The notes: a model not told the origin generated them from the sequence alone. A stretch of DNA of 64,000 nucleotides from Felis catus (GCF_018350175.1 NC_058384.1:23684001-23748000); one strand, 5' to 3'; shown: positions 13,734 to 28,170, numbered from the stretch's first letter. A program made the numbers and translations.

Positions 13734-13856
13734 CTTAAGCAGGTTCCACATTCAGTTTGGAGCTCAACATGGGGCTCGATCCCACAACCCTGGGATCATG
13801 ACCTGAGCCAAAATCAAGATTTGCATACTCAATCAATGGAGCCACCCAGGCGTCCC
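13569..13856 (-). mobile_element. Can-SINE (older type) with expanded (GA)n
   Basis: TSD aaga(g/a)gtaactttt at 13555-13568 and 13857-13870. Confidence 0.9.
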
Positions 13857-14211
13857 AAGAAGTAACTTTTGAGAATATTTTCTACAACAACGTGAGTGAG
13901 ACCAATAAGGTCCAGTTCAAAGAGTTTGTCTCCACTCAATTATCTCATTTACAAGGCTACGAGCTGCCCTGAGGGTAAGGCAGGAACCTTGTAAGTTTTA
14001 ACGCTCCTGGTCTACAACACTGAGTAAAAGGTGTTCTTCTTCAGGAGCTTGAAACCTACTGAATGACCCAAACCTTCTAGCAGCCAATGAAGTGATACTT
14101 GTCCAGCTGTATTTACACATTTAATTAACACTGTTCGAATACATGATGAATACTTGAAAACTGTTTAAAAAATACTATTATCAGTTCTGTATCCTAATTG
14201 ATGGAAGTGTA

Positions 14212-14449
14212 ATTGTAAAACCTTGGTTTGCGAGCTCAATTCGTTCCGGAAACATGCTTGTAATCCAAAGCACTTGTATATCAATGCGAATTTCAAGAAC
14301 CATTGGCTCAGTTGTGATCATGTGACACTCAGCGTCACTACTCATATTGCAAGACATAGCTCATTTACCAAGTTAAATTTTATTAGAAATGTTTGTGCAT
14401 CTTGAGGAACATTTGCAGAACAAGTTACTCACAATCCCAGGTTTTACTG
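14212..14449. mobile_element. Tc1/mariner-Tigger-class MITE (~240 bp)
   Basis: Imperfect TIRs gtaaaaccttggtttgcgag / ctcacaatcccaggttttactg with flanking TA. Confidence 0.75.
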
Positions 14450-14489
14450 TATATTCAAATGATATATTCAGAGTGTGTACAGGACAGGT

Positions 14490-14610
14490 TCATCTTTTTT
14501 TAATTCCAGTATAGTTAACATACAGTGTTATATTAATTTCAGGTGTATAAAACAGTGTACTCTTTAATCTCCTTCACCCATTTCACCCATCCCCCCACTC
14601 ACCTCCCCTA
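14490..14610 (-). mobile_element. Carnivore L1 3'-end fragment
   Basis: ttttttttaattccagtatagttaacatacagtgttatatta is the reverse complement of the carnivore L1 tail. Confidence 0.7.
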
Positions 14611-16411
14611 GGAAAGGTCTATTTTTTTATACTTAATTAACTGTCATAATTTAGAAAAGTTTTACATTATAGACAGGTTGTGAAGATAGTCCATAGAGTT
14701 CCCATATACTGGACACCCAGTTTCCTCTATTATTAACACCTTACATGAGGATGGTACATTACTTACAATGAATGAAGCAACATTGATAAGATATTTCCTT
14801 AGTTTTTAGGTGGTGTCCTTTTTCTGTTCCAGGATCCCATCCAGGATGCCCTGTTACATTTGTTTTNNNNNNNNNNNNNNNNNNNNNNNNNNNNNNNNNN
14901 NNNNNNNNNNNNNNNNNNNNNNNNNNNNNNNNNNNNNNNNNNNNNNNNNNNNNNNNNNNNNNNNNNNNNNNNNNNNNNNNNNNNNNNNNNNNNNNNNNNN
15001 NNNNNNNNNNNNNNNNNNNNNNNNNNNNNNNNNNNNNNNNNNNNNNNNNNNNNNNNNNNNNNNNNNNNNNNNNNNNNNNNNNNNNNNNNNNNNNNNAACA
15101 TAGCTTGTCATTGTTAATTTTGATCACCTGGCTGAGGCAGTGTTTGTCAGGTTTCCCCACCATAAAGTTACCATTTTCCCCCATATCCATGAAGTATTCT
15201 TTCTAAGAAAGTCACCATGCACAGCCCACACTTAAGAAGTGGGAAGTGATGTTTTGCCTCCTTGAGGACAGACTAATACATACGTGATTTGGAATTATTC
15301 TGCATAGGAAATTTACCAGTTCTTCTCTATTTATTTATGCAGTCACTTATATCAGCATGGAGTCGCGGATATTTATTTTATGATTTGTATAAAGTAATAA
15401 CATTGCATATTCTACTATATTATTAATTTTGTTGCTTCAGTTGTTTCTGCTCTGGCCATTGAGAGTTCTTTCAGTTGATTCTTGTGTCCCTGTGGCACAC
15501 TCCATCATTGCGCTTAAGTGTGTATAAGTGTGTGTGCATGTTAGCACTTCCTAATTTTCTAGCACTACAAAATGCTCCAGGATCATCATATATATTCCCT
15601 AGCCCTATAATCAGCCATTTGTCCAGCCATTTGTCAGCCAAAGGAGTCCTGATTCCTTTTTTTTTTTTTTTTTTTGAGAATGGTACTAGACACAAGATCT
15701 GGGTGGTGGGTATGCTCGTTGCTGCTGGAGTATCATTGCTCTTAGGTCCTCTCAGCTGACAGAGCAAGAAAATGTGCTCTCTACATGTGCACATCCATTT
15801 AGAGACACATGTATCTACATGTATATGCATATATGTATACGAATATGTACATGCTTACTTATGCATGTGTGTTTACACATCTATTAATGGTTCTACCCGT
15901 ATCCATCTGTATCTACATTAGGCTAAACATCAACTCACACTGATGTCTCCAACTCTGACCCCATTACCACAGGGTGCTTCTAGCCACTTCCTTTGTGTGT
16001 CCACAGCCTCTCAACAGTGAGAAACCTGGCTCCGCTATTCAGCCACCGCAAATTAACTATAGTGGTTTTAGAACTGTTAACTCTTAGCTCCACAGTACAG
16101 AGTATAGTGCTTACATAGGGTTACTTTTACTTACAGTCTTAACAGATTCCATTCATTTCCAAAGTTACTTAGGCCAGCACATTTTACCCCCACCACCTTC
16201 AGTGAGGTTATTTCATGTATTTGTCATACTATCACACTCCTTTGTCAGTCTACATTCGATGCTGGGATCTCCTGACACGTTTTTTTGTTTGTTTGTTTTT
16301 ATTTTCAAACATTAAAGTTCACTCTCTTTGTTGTAGGTTTCTATACGTTCTGACGAATGCAGTGTCACGTATATACCATTACAGTGTGCTACAGAATAGT
16401 TTCACTACCTT

Positions 16412-16613
16412 GGGGCACCTGGGTGGCTCAGGTGGTTAAGCGTCCAACTCTTGATTTCGGCTCAGGTCATGATCACAAGGTTCGTGGGTTTGAGCCCAGC
16501 GTCAGCCGCTTGGGATTCTCTCTCTCTCCCCCTTCCCTGTGCACTTACACACACACTCTCTCAAATTAAATAAACTCTCTTTTTTAAAAATAAATAAACT
16601 TTTTTTTTTTTAG
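16412..16613 (+). mobile_element. Can-SINE
   Basis: 19-bp TSD agaatagtttca(c/g)tacctt at 16393-16411 and 16614-16632. Confidence 0.92.
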
Positions 16614-16644
16614 AGAATAGTTTCAGTACCTTAAAATATCCCCT

Positions 16645-16950
16645 GTGAACAGACTCCTAAATACAGAGAACAAATTGGTGGTTGCTAGAGGGGAGGGGGG
16701 TAGGGGGAATGGGTAAAATAGGTGAAGGAAAGGAAGGGGTACCAACTTTAGTTATAAGATAAATAAGTCACAGAGATAAAAGATACAGCCCAGAGAATAC
16801 AGTCAATAACACTCCAATACATTGTAATAACATTGTATAGTGACAGATAGTGGCTATGCTTCTCCTGGTAAGCACCAAATAATACACAGAATTGTAGACT
16901 CACTGTGTTGTATACCTGAAACTCATAAAATGTATGTCAACTATACTTAA
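16645..16950 (+). mobile_element. L1MA-type 3' end fragment
   Basis: acagagaacaaattggtggttgctagagggg...tgtatgtcaactatactt. Confidence 0.75.
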
Positions 16951-17309
16951 ACAGAAACAACCCTGTGGTTCATGTAATCAACCTTCCTTTTCCCACAAAC
17001 TCCTGGAAACTAAGGATCTGTTTACTATCTATGGTTTTGCCTTTTTCTGAATCATATAGGTAGAATCATACTGTATATATCTTTCAGGCCAGATTCTTTC
17101 ACTTAGCAACATGCACATCAGATTAATGGCTTTGCATGGTTTGGTAGCTCATTCCTTTTTATCACTGAATGATATCCCATTACGTGGATGTGCCAGTCTG
17201 TTTACCCACCCATCGAAGGATATCTTGGTTGCTTCCTGTTTTTTGGTGATTATGAATAAAGTTACTAGCAATGTTCACGTGAAGGTTTCTGTGTGATCAT
17301 AGTTTTTCT

Positions 17310-17430
17310 TTTTTGTTTTTTTAAGATTTTATTTTTTTTTAAGTAATCTCTACACCCAACATTCAGCTTGAACTCACAACCCTGAGGTCAAGAATTGCAC
17401 ACTCTGTCAACTGAGCCAGCCAGGCGCCCT
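17310..17430 (-). mobile_element. Short old Can-SINE
   Basis: taagattttattttttttaagtaatctctacacccaac...gagccagccaggcgccc; TSD tcatagttttt. Confidence 0.85.
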
Positions 17431-18540
17431 GCTCATAGTTTTTCAAATCACTTGGGAAAATATCCCAGGTCTGTGATTGCTGGACACATGTTAAGACTAT
17501 GTTTACTTCTGTAAGAGATTTGAGTCCATACTGTTCAGAAAAAAATTATATTTCTATGTATATTAGACATAAAATTGTAGTCATTCTGTGATTTATGACT
17601 GATTTTATTTATTTTCATTTTCTGTATTTCCCAAGAATGCTTTAAAGTAATTCAGGCAAGTAGCACATAGATAATCATGGCAAAGTTCATTTAAAAAGTA
17701 CAATTAGATAAGAGAATGACAGGAGTAAACCAAATCCAATCGCTATGTACTGTTTATCTTGTTTCACGAGACCACCAGCTCCCAGCCGGCAGATTCTCTG
17801 ATAGGAGCTTACCCACTGTGAGTGTTAAAGTGTCACACAGACTGTGAAACATTTCACTGTAATGAGATTCTCTGTTCTTTCCCTATAGCTGGTGTTCCTT
17901 GACATTCCTTTTCGGGAGAAGTCAAGGAACCTGGCTTAGCATTTGAGAAACCCAGACTCCTGTCAGGGCTTCTGGGCTTCACTTCTGATAACGAACCTTC
18001 TGCTTTGTTTCTGAGACTAATCCTTACTTCCTTTTCTAGTTCCAATCAACAGATTCTTATCTTGTTTCTGGTCTAAGTGCCCTCAACTGTACAAATCTAT
18101 AAAGTATTAAAAAAAAGGAGGGGGGGTTGTCTCCAATTAAGCAAGCCCTGAAGTGGTTTAGTTATGAGAAAAAGTCTGTCAGTATATGAAAATCTATAGC
18201 ATATCATCACATGCTGACAGGAACAAAAAAAAATGGAGTCAGTTCATTACGTTTTGGAAAATATCACTGTCATTATCAATTGTTTTAATTTTCAAAAAAG
18301 GAGGAAATTTGGCATCTCTTACCATACAGAGCACTGAGGAAATAAATTAAATTAGACTTATTATGAACACAAAGCAGTTACAATGGCATCTTCGTATATT
18401 TTTTATAATGTTGACAGGCTGAAACAATACCTCCTCCTCCCTCCAAAAGATGATGTATAAATTTTTTATGCCTGGTTATTTATTTCCATCTTTTCTGAAT
18501 GACAGGTATAGAATCCATTGTTAGAATTACTAGGAACTTT

Positions 18541-18786
18541 TTATTTATTTATTTTTATTTTTAAAAATGTTTTCAATGTTCATTTATTTTTAAGAGAGAG
18601 AGAGACAGAGAGACAGAGCGTGAGTGAGGGAGGGGCAGAGAGAGAGGGAGACACAGAATCTGAAGCAGGCCCCAGGCTCTGAGCTGTCAGCACACAGTCC
18701 GACGCGGGGCTTGGACTCATAAGCCATGAGATCCTGACCTCGCTTAAGTTGGACACCCAGGCCTGATTGAGCCACCAAGGCACCCC
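18541..18786 (-). mobile_element. Can-SINE
   Basis: TSD actag(g/c)aactttt; diverged head. Confidence 0.9.
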
Positions 18787-20270
18787 ACTAGCAACTTTTT
18801 AAAAACAAATCATGAGGTTGGCAAATCCTGTATCTCTCTTAATACTGGGTATTATATGCTCACAAATAAAGTCCACAAGAAGAGACACTTACCAAAGCCC
18901 GGATCGGAAACATTACAGTGTCTTTTGCTACTCTCACCTCCAGGGCATAAATGATTAATTTTGAGTGAATCTACCTCACTGAGTTTGCCAACTGATGAGT
19001 GAAACTTACAGGCTTTGGTTTTATTTTTAGCATCACGCAGGAAATAAGAGAAATACGAACAACCTGCAGAAAAGGCACACCACAGGGTTTTTGTTCTAGA
19101 TGCTCTAATAACGGTGGTGGAGCCTTTGATGGCTCGCCCAGTAGTCACTCATTTCCCCTCACTCTGCTCTTGTAACTGGGCCACTTGAGTAAAATACACC
19201 CATGTTTCACTGAGATAAATAAATCCAGTGTCTAGAATGACCATGTGCACCACACAGAATCAAGCTTTGAAGAGGGTTCCTTTCCACTTTCTGCATAAGT
19301 ATCAGGGTACCGCTCTTGGAGAAGAGGCCAAAAATCTAACTCTAAGATACTGTTTGTGTTGGCTGTACTTCCCAGGGTTAAATGGGGAACGTTTCAGAGG
19401 GTACATCAGAAGCTATCCGTTACTGGGCCGGAGAAGGTCAAGAGTAACTATGTTCAACAACTTTTAGACAGCACCTTGCATCCAAGGAAAGCATATTTAA
19501 AAGCAATCACATTTTGCAACAATGCTGAGAAAAGGGAAGTCATTATCAACACCCTCGATCTTTAAATTAGAAAAGCAGAGGTCTGTTCTATTTATTCTGT
19601 AGTTACAAATGCTGCAAACTGGCTAAAGCATGCGGTTCTCTGTCAACCAGAAATTAATGTGACTGAAACAAAACAAAACAAAAATAATAAAAAAAAAAAC
19701 CACCCCAGCTGAAACACACCAACTAACCAAAACACTTCACAACAAGCTCCATCAGCCTCTCCACCCACTCATTATTCGTGCCACGTCTCCATGCTTGGCT
19801 CATACCATTCTGTTGCTTGAAATCCCTTTCTCAGCCTCATCTGCCAATGAAAATTTGCTTCCATTCAAGGCCCTGCTGCAATTGTGAGCTCTGTGAATCT
19901 TCTCAGATATCTCAGGAAGGGTGCCCTATTCCATTCTGGTTCTCCTCAGTGACTTTAAGGGTCTCTATCCTCTAATACAGCGTGTCTGTCTCCTTGTTTC
20001 TTGAGAATTACAGACCTCATATTCTTTTCGTGCCCAGACAGTGACTAGCTGCCAGTGAGAATTGAGTCCACCGAAATAGGGATTTATTCAAGAGATAGGA
20101 TGTACCTGGACCCTACCACTGTGTTCACCTGCAACAGGTCAGTTCAGTGTATTAATATGGTAAAGAGAAAAGGCCATTTGAAATAAGATTTCAGTCATGT
20201 TTTGCTATGCCTAGCTTTCTGGATGATTGTAGTAGTTGCTCTAAAAGCCATCTTTGATTCCTTGATTTCT

Positions 20271-20497
20271 TTTTTTTTTTTTTTTTTTTTTTTTCAACGT
20301 TTATTTATTTTTGGGACAGAGAGAGACAGAGCATGAACAGGCGAGGGGCAGAAAGAGAGGGAGACACAGAATCGGAAACAGGCTCCAGGCTCTGAGCCAT
20401 CAGCCCAGAGCCCGACGCGGGGCTCGAACTCACAGACCGCGAGATCGTGACCTGGCTGAAGTCGGACGCTTAACCGACTGCGCCACCCAGGCGCCCC
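20271..20497 (-). mobile_element. Very young SINEC_Fc-type SINE
   Basis: Intact CpGs, pure T run of ~25 nt, perfect 16-bp TSD tgattccttgatttct at 20255-20270 and 20498-20513. Confidence 0.96.
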
Positions 20498-22899
20498 TGA
20501 TTCCTTGATTTCTGAATCTATTGAATATACACTTTGATGCCCTTTCTTTTTGGGAGATCGAAGGGTGCTATGATGATGTATGCTGTGCCTTAACTGTGTT
20601 TCTATCATGGAATAGCAACTAACCTCAGGAATGCATCCAGGTGTCCTTTTAACTAGTATCAACAATAATCACTATAATTTGCATTGGTCTTTATGTTTAA
20701 CAAAGCACTTTTGCGGGCATTCTTTTGTTCTCATAACATTCTGTTCCTGAATCAGGAACTGAGCTTCTGTTCAACACTTAAAACTCAGAAGGCTGATTCA
20801 ACAAATTCCTCATCCTCAGAGAATTAAACTCTACTTCTGTTCTACTCTAAAACAAATCACCACAGTGCCAGAAGAATCTGTAAGACCTTGAACGTGCCTG
20901 GCTCAGCGCTCATGAGAAAGCTAGCTGGAAAAAGGACGTCTTCCAAGAAAGATGAAGAGGTAGGATTCTTCCCTCCGATTGCTTCTACACCACAACAAAC
21001 ATAACAAAAGAGTATCATACTATCCAAACCCTCCATTCACAGAAGCTGTTATTCCCTCAGGAAACTCAAAGGTTCCAGTGATGAACCTCTCTACTTATGT
21101 AGAAGAACAGAGGCTGATGTCAACATGATAAGCATGAGAGAAGAGGGAGCGAATGGGGTCTCTGAGTTAGAAGCAAGTGAGCTTGGGGGAAGGGTCTTGT
21201 GCTAAAGTGACTGTTTCTGAAACGGTACCAGGAAGAGGTTTCTCTTGTCTAAAATCAGATACCCTCAAACCACTCTCCATCCTCACTTTTGGTTTGGGAA
21301 CCCTCAGCCCTACAGAATTTCCACAAACCAGAAATTCTCTACCTCTGGTCCTGATGTCCCCCCACAACCCACCCACTCTAGTGCCAGCCTGAGCTCCAAT
21401 CCAACCGACACCTGGAAACAGGGTGGGGAGAAAGAAGAGGTGCTTCACAGAGCTGGACCCTCTGTCTGGAATATCAGCTTTCCTCTTGTTGGTTTATTTT
21501 ACCTTCTTCTCAAGAGGGCTAGGAATGTTGAAATGACTTGGGAAATTGGGACAATTCAAAGTCATGGCCTTTTGCATTATTTGGTTTCTAAAAACAATTA
21601 TTTGACCTTCCATTTGAGGATGAGCACTCACAGATAAACAGTCATTCCTGAGGGCACCCTAGCCCCTTACCGGGAACTGCTTCGGCTGGGGGGCAGGGCC
21701 ACTTTCCAGTTTTGGCCAGCTGGAAACCACTGCTCTAAAGACAGCTCTCATTGGTTTCTGGAGCATTTCCTCTAATCAAAGGTGTCTCCTAATCTCCAGG
21801 TTTTTAATTCTGCAGCTGGATGCTCTGACATTTATTGGAAATGTAATGTACTGGAGATATGCATGGGCTCTCACAAGCTCAGCAAGCAGGAGGAGGATGC
21901 GGCAACACCTAAAGTTTGATTCCATTCTCCTTTCCTGCTAAGACATATTAGAACATTCTTTTCATATCGTCATTTGATTGTACTCAGGAAGTGGTGACTT
22001 AGACAAGCTTGCTTTAAATCAATCCTCAACTCTATGGATAAAGATGAGGTCAACAGCTCCACCAACTATGACACAGATATTGGATAGAGAAGAATCTTCT
22101 CACTTATACAAAGATATCTGGAAATAATCAAAAAGCAATGTAACATGTGAAAATCTAGGAAATACATATCAAAAACAAAAACAAAACACCTCTCATAATC
22201 AAAGAATTTATCTCCTAAGGAAGATAGCTTAAGAAGGACAGATGTTATGGAAAATGAGATAATGTTTTAGCAAAAAGTAAGAGTAATCACTTTAAAACTA
22301 AAACTGGAATGTCTCTTATTAGTCAAGACATGTACTTTGGAGAAGGAAGGGCCTGAATACTGCCAAGTCTGGAGTAATTTAGCTTTAAATTATTTATATG
22401 CAGAATGGTTAACCTACATAAATAAAGCTGGATGATCCCTGAGCTTTCTTCTGCTCTTTTTCTGACAACAAAACTGAGGATACTTAAGATAATGAGAAAA
22501 TGACATAATCCCACTTATATTACAGATTCCCAGGTAGTTAAAATTGGAGTTTTGTTATTATCATTCCCCTTTTAAAAATTAATTTCAAATCACACAAATA
22601 ACGTACTCATATTTTCTTTAAGAAAAACACTAAGTTTAAGGGTAAAAAAAAAATCCCCTTTTACCACCATGTACAATTCTTTCTCATCCTTCCTACATAA
22701 TCCAGCTCCACTGCTACCACTAGCCAGCAATGGCATTTTCTATGCCAGAAACCATGCTAAGAGTTGACAAGCATATCTTATTTAATTTTCACAACTTCCT
22801 GCTAAGGTGAGTTCAGTTAGTATTCCCACTTTCCAGAGGAGGAAACTGAGCTTTGGCGTGTGTACATCCCCCATTACTCAGGTACCCACTGTTAATAGT

Positions 22900-23420
22900 C
22901 TGGAACACATCCACCCTGGGTTTTTTATGAATCCCTATACATCTATGAATATTCACTGAAAATGTAGAGTGTTGCTGTTTTGTTTCACTAAAAATCTGAA
23001 ATGGTATCATACTATACATACACAGTCTATGCTTTGCATGATTTTTCCATGACTGTTCATAAAGCTCTAACTCATTCTTTTCTAATTGCCTTCTAGTATG
23101 TACACAGCTATACCATTCTCCTACTGACAAGAAGACAGGTTATTTTCAGTTTTTCAATAGAAATCATGCTATAGTGAACAGTCTTGTGTAAGCTGCCTCA
23201 CGCACATGGGCAGCTGCTTTGGGTGTACCAAGATGTGGAAGTGCTGGGTCAGGGGTGTGCATGTTTACATTTTAACAGATAAGCTACATTGTCCTCCAAG
23301 ATGTCTGCCACTAGTATGTGAATACAGATTTTCCTCCACCTGTGCCAAAAACTGATGTTATCAGACTTCAAATTTTTGCCAGTCTAAGGAATCATGTTTT
23401 AATTTGCATTTCTCTGATTA
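22900..23420 (-). mobile_element. Old L1 (L1ME-type) fragment
   Basis: atggtatcatactata, ttccagtttt, gctgggtca...tgtttacatttt motifs. Confidence 0.6.
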
Positions 23421-24899
23421 AAATAAAAGTTATATTAGGCAATACCATCCAGACTGGTTATTAAATGGTAAAGTGAGTTAAAGCAGGGCAATATAAAAAT
23501 GTATATATACATTAAGCATACGATTTTATTTTAAAATACATAGATGTTCATTTCCTCTCCCATCTTCTGATGTAGGAACAAGGCTTCTCCTTTATGTAAG
23601 GAAGCACAGACAGAGGGTCCACATGTACTTCCTATACTAACCACACCCTCTTAATGCACGTCCAAGATTCTCTGATTTGGTTTCTTAATTGAAGTGAGAA
23701 TGTAAAGACCTTATGAAATAATGTGAGTGCAGAATTGAATTTAGTTTAACAGTAAGCTTTTTAGTAACGTGACTTCATCAAGACTTTCTAAAGCACTGGC
23801 TTTAATTTTCAATGAAACAGCTCTCTTTCACACTTGTGTTTCAGTGGTTTACGTATTACTTAACTCAATTACATAATTACAATGACACTCAACCAGTATA
23901 AACAGGTTTGGGAACCATCACCCTGGCTCTTGGGAAACACAATGAACTGAGGAGAGCACAAGCACAGAGGTGTTCTAGCCAGTAGCCCATGAGCCATCCG
24001 GGTGAGCACGCCGTGGGCTGCAGTCAACATCTTTCAGAGAGGGATTTAGGAGTCTTCTAATGCAGGGAGTTGGATAAGAAGAGAGTATCCACTGTACCAA
24101 TGACGTGGAACATCTTTTCATATGTTTAGTTTACTGCCCAGTATCTTCTACTGTGAGCTGTCTGTTCATTTCATTTACCTGTTTTTTCTCATGGATTATC
24201 TTTTTCTGAATTATTTATAAGTGTTCTTTATAAATCTCAGACATTAATTAATCTTTTGCCTTCAATAGGTCATAAATATTTTCTCCCGGGCTGTTGCCTA
24301 CCTACCTATTAACTACTTTTTTGTAGTTACTCTGTTTTATGGGAAGTATTCAATTTTGATCTAATGAAATAAACTACTTTTCTTTCTTCTTAGCTTTTGC
24401 TTTCTAGGTTTTGTTTAAGAAAACCTCCCTTGGCTAAGAATCTAAACATATTTTTTCTATGTTTCTTCTAATACTGGAGTAATTTTGTTATTACCAAGCT
24501 CTAGATGAAGAACTCAAAGTTGAGAAGTTTTAGATGTTTGACCAAAATTATAAAGCTAGAAACAACGAAGCTAGGATCTATACTGATCTGCATCTATATA
24601 TAATCTTCAAAGGCAAAGCAACAACTTCACATCACCTTCTTGAAGAAGGAATTAAAATCTGAAAAAAGGAAAGTGGACGTTGTGGATATCTGACAATGCT
24701 GAAAATTGGGATAGATGCACATCTTCATATTGGGAATACATAAATGGTTGACATAGAAATGATTCATCATCACCCTCAGAAAAGCAGCACAATTTCCTCC
24801 ACCCACAGAAACTGCAGCCAAAGTGCCCGAGAGGGCCACCACTTTGGTTTAGGCTCACTGTCTCTTGATAAGCTGTTATAAACGATCTCCAGCCATGGC

Positions 24900-25550
24900 T
24901 CCCCACACCAATCCACGTTACACCTACAGCTGCTGCATAAACTTTCCTGACTCATAATCTCAGTCTGCCAATCCCTTGCTTCATTCAAATCTTCAAAGGC
25001 TCCCGATGATCTACTGAATTAATTTCAGACCTCTCAGCTGGCCATCAAGGCTCCATATAATACTCCATTTACATTTTGATTGTAATTTCCTGCTGCTGTC
25101 CTACTGACACCTTCTCTTCTTTCCTCCCACTCCCCAAACAGGACCACGTGCTTATGAAATACACCTTGCATTTTCAATCTCTGTCACTTCTGCCTGGGGC
25201 AGCCTCTGTCATTCTATCCTCAAGACCCACTGCAAGCACCAGCTCTTTTGTGAAGTAGGTCCTGACACCCCAACAGACAAAGTCTCTGCCTCCTTTGATA
25301 TTGGCAGTACTTTGTATTGTCTTCTCAGAACCAATCTTGCTTGCTTGCTTGGTTGATTTATGTATTTATTTACGTATTTAATCCAGTTTTATTTATAGCC
25401 ATTTGGTATCTGCCTTGTGTACTACCATATAAGGACCTTAAGGTAAGGGTCAGTGGTTTCTTTATTTTGTGCTTTTCTGCAGAGTCTAGTACGGAGCCTT
25501 GTACCCAGAAGGCAATCAATAAAATATTTGTTGGAACTGAACTGTTCTCT
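24900..25550 (+). mobile_element. L2 fragment
   Basis: Pyrimidine-rich body ending gcaatcaataaaatatttgttggaactga. Confidence 0.6.
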
Positions 25551-25809
25551 CAACTTTACTATAAGCTCTTTAAGAACAGTGACTTTAAGTATTGGTATGT
25601 CGCTTGATACAAATAAGGGCCTTGTACATAATAGGTGATTAACACATATTTGCTTCAATAACTTCATAGTTCCGGAGCAAGATTTTTCAAAATACATGTA
25701 ATACTGGCATTAACCTAAAGTATTCATTTAGAAATCTCTCGCCAAGTAACATAAAACAAAAAGGAAAGAAACACTGACCCTAACATTCTTTTCCTTCTAT
25801 TTTATATGA

Positions 25810-26050
25810 TAATGCCTAACTCTCACTAGATGCTTATCACGTGCCAGGCACTGCACTCCAAGCCTTGACAAAGATCATCTCATGTAGCACCATGAGGCAC
25901 TGCCTTTGTCTCCACTTGACAGGCAGGAAGGTCAGAGACATGAAGTAACTTGACCCCACAGTGAGCAAGGGACAGAGTTGAGATTTGAACCCAGGCAGTT
26001 TCTGCCTCCAGAGCCCATGGTCGTCAGTCACCATCATGCCACACTACCTG
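25810..26050 (-). mobile_element. MIR
   Basis: gtgccaggcactg...gatttgaacccaggcag...ctccagagccc. Confidence 0.8.
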
Positions 26051-28170
26051 GACTGAGTTTGCTCAGCCCCTTAATTTTAACACCTTGAGTAAAACAAAAT
26101 AAAACAAAACAAAACTTTTAAAAATACTAAAAACAAGAACTTCTTGTCTTTTAGATTACTTTAATGGATGGAGGAATAAAGGATCATTAAACCTATTTCA
26201 TCCACCTCAATGTAAGCTTCAAATTTAGGAGGTCATTACTTTTCTCAAATAACATGCATGGTCCATACTCTATGATGTATCCCAAAGGATGGAGTAGGTG
26301 ACAAGAGAAAATACTACCAGTTAACTGAAAAAAAAAGCATTTAATTTTGGAAAGCAGTCTAGAAATGTCAGAATCAAAGATAACCATTTATTCCCCATTC
26401 TTTCTGCAAGTCTTTACACAACTGAAAGCTCTTCTTGGTGGTCTGGACTCTGACCGGCTGGCAGAAAAGGGGTGGGGGGTTGTCACAGATAGTCTACAAG
26501 TAAAAAAAAAAAAAAAAAGCAGCCAGGAATTTCTCTCTTTTTGAATTTTCATTCAGTCTGCATAGAAAAGCACTCACACCAATTCTGGCCAAGTACTGGA
26601 AAAGAATATAGTAGGCACCAAAATGTTGAGAGACTGAAATTAGAGAGAAGGAAAAATCTATATTGGCTTTCAATCTGAGGGCACAGTGAGGAAATCACAA
26701 GCTATAAGACAGAAGCCGTTGCTTCCCTTAGGACTTCAGAGATACAAGCACGCTAAGCAGGGATGGACTCTAGTGTTAGATCCAAAGAACAGCCAGACTG
26801 GTCACCAGGGTCTCTTTAGCCTCCGGTGGAAACATTAAAGATGAGATTTATAACTCAGCCTGGAATTACGTGAAGCAAGGACAGAATCTGACTTTTAGCA
26901 AAATAAAGTAGAAAAATGGCCACTGATGCTTCAACTACTAAGGTCTTCTACTTATCTATTCAAAGTTAGAAAAAATTCATGTAAAGTCTGATCAGAGTAA
27001 CTTCCATGCTTAGTCATAGCTACTGTTTTCTGGATTTAAGTGTTAATGTTAAAATATACCACAGGTGTGATGAATCTCTGTGACTTAAGCAATATCTTAA
27101 AATCCAAGTCCCATTTATGAAGAAAAATTTGATTACAGAATATTTTCACTTTTTAAAAATGATCTAAAATATTCAGTTGTTGACAGCTTCAGTATTTCAA
27201 GTTGTAGTTCAGACGTTCAGAAAAGAACAGAGGAGAAAGAATTAGCCCATTATATTCATTAGTGTGTCATGGAAAATGACAGCGTGAAACACCCATACGC
27301 AGTGACCAACTCCCTCTGCTGTAGCCAAAATCATAAAAACAAAAACAAAGCACATAATGGAAAAAGGAGCTGAAGTCAAGCAAAACATTATATGACGTTT
27401 CCACCGTCTTAAAAATACATCCACTCAAACATGAAAAACATAGCAAATAATTAATCTCCAAATAAAATATAAAAACAATTTTGCTCTAACACAATGGAGT
27501 AAATGCATATCCTTAACAGTTTGTTACCTCTTTTAAGAAATCAGATAATATGGCAATTGACTAAATGTTTTTATAGAGATGGAATATTAAGGTGTAATAT
27601 GTATACTGATTCACATGAAAGAAGGAGACTCCTAATTTCCTGTTTCAGATCATTACAATTCTCACATTAACTCAAAAGCCCCAATACCTTTAACACTGTG
27701 AACATGAAGTGCTGACTACTTTGATAGAGACCTATCTTAAAAGTACATCATTTTCTTCTCAAAGGCAACGTTATGAACAACACTCCATGTCCAGAGTCAT
27801 GAAGCTTAGCCGTTCATTCTGAATGGGTCAGAGCTAAAGACGTGGAAAAGAAGAAAAAAAATATATTGGTCCTCCCTCCGTAAATCTCAATCTGACTTTA
27901 CGCCTTTTCCTTTAAATTTAAACACTTTAAGACACTACTAATTTTGCAGTATTTCCCCTGGAGTATTCTCCATCAAGATTAAAGAAGGGCTATTCAGAAA
28001 TGTACAGGATACAGAAGTGATGCTTGCCACTTCCAGGCAAGCTATAAATAGCAATGGCATTTTCAAGAAATCTTGTGCCGGCGTGTAAGTTACAATTTAA
28101 ACATGCAGTGCAGATTTTATTACAATGGTGTCACCAAAATTCATTGTTATGTGAGCAATTCGATTCTTAC

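Larger units (their letters stand above)
14620..17510 (-). mobile_element. Old L1 (L1MB/L1MC-type) 3' region, interrupted by two SINEs and an L1MA-type fragment
   Basis: ggatcccatccaggat, ttgatcacctggctgagg and tcacttagcaacatgca motifs. Confidence 0.75.
1..28170 (-). other. C1orf21: C1orf21 intron downstream of the exon (continues beyond window start)
   Basis: No exon encoding the next residues (EKSASSNV...) found by eye. Confidence 0.75.

Noticed and set aside
19228-19565. Overlapping plus-strand ORFs with exon-like composition
   Set aside because: No recognisable protein, weak splice signals, antisense to the host gene.
20294-20665. 123-aa ORF and similar MAQSVK.../ERERER ORFs
   Set aside because: Translations of Can-SINE sequence and microsatellites.
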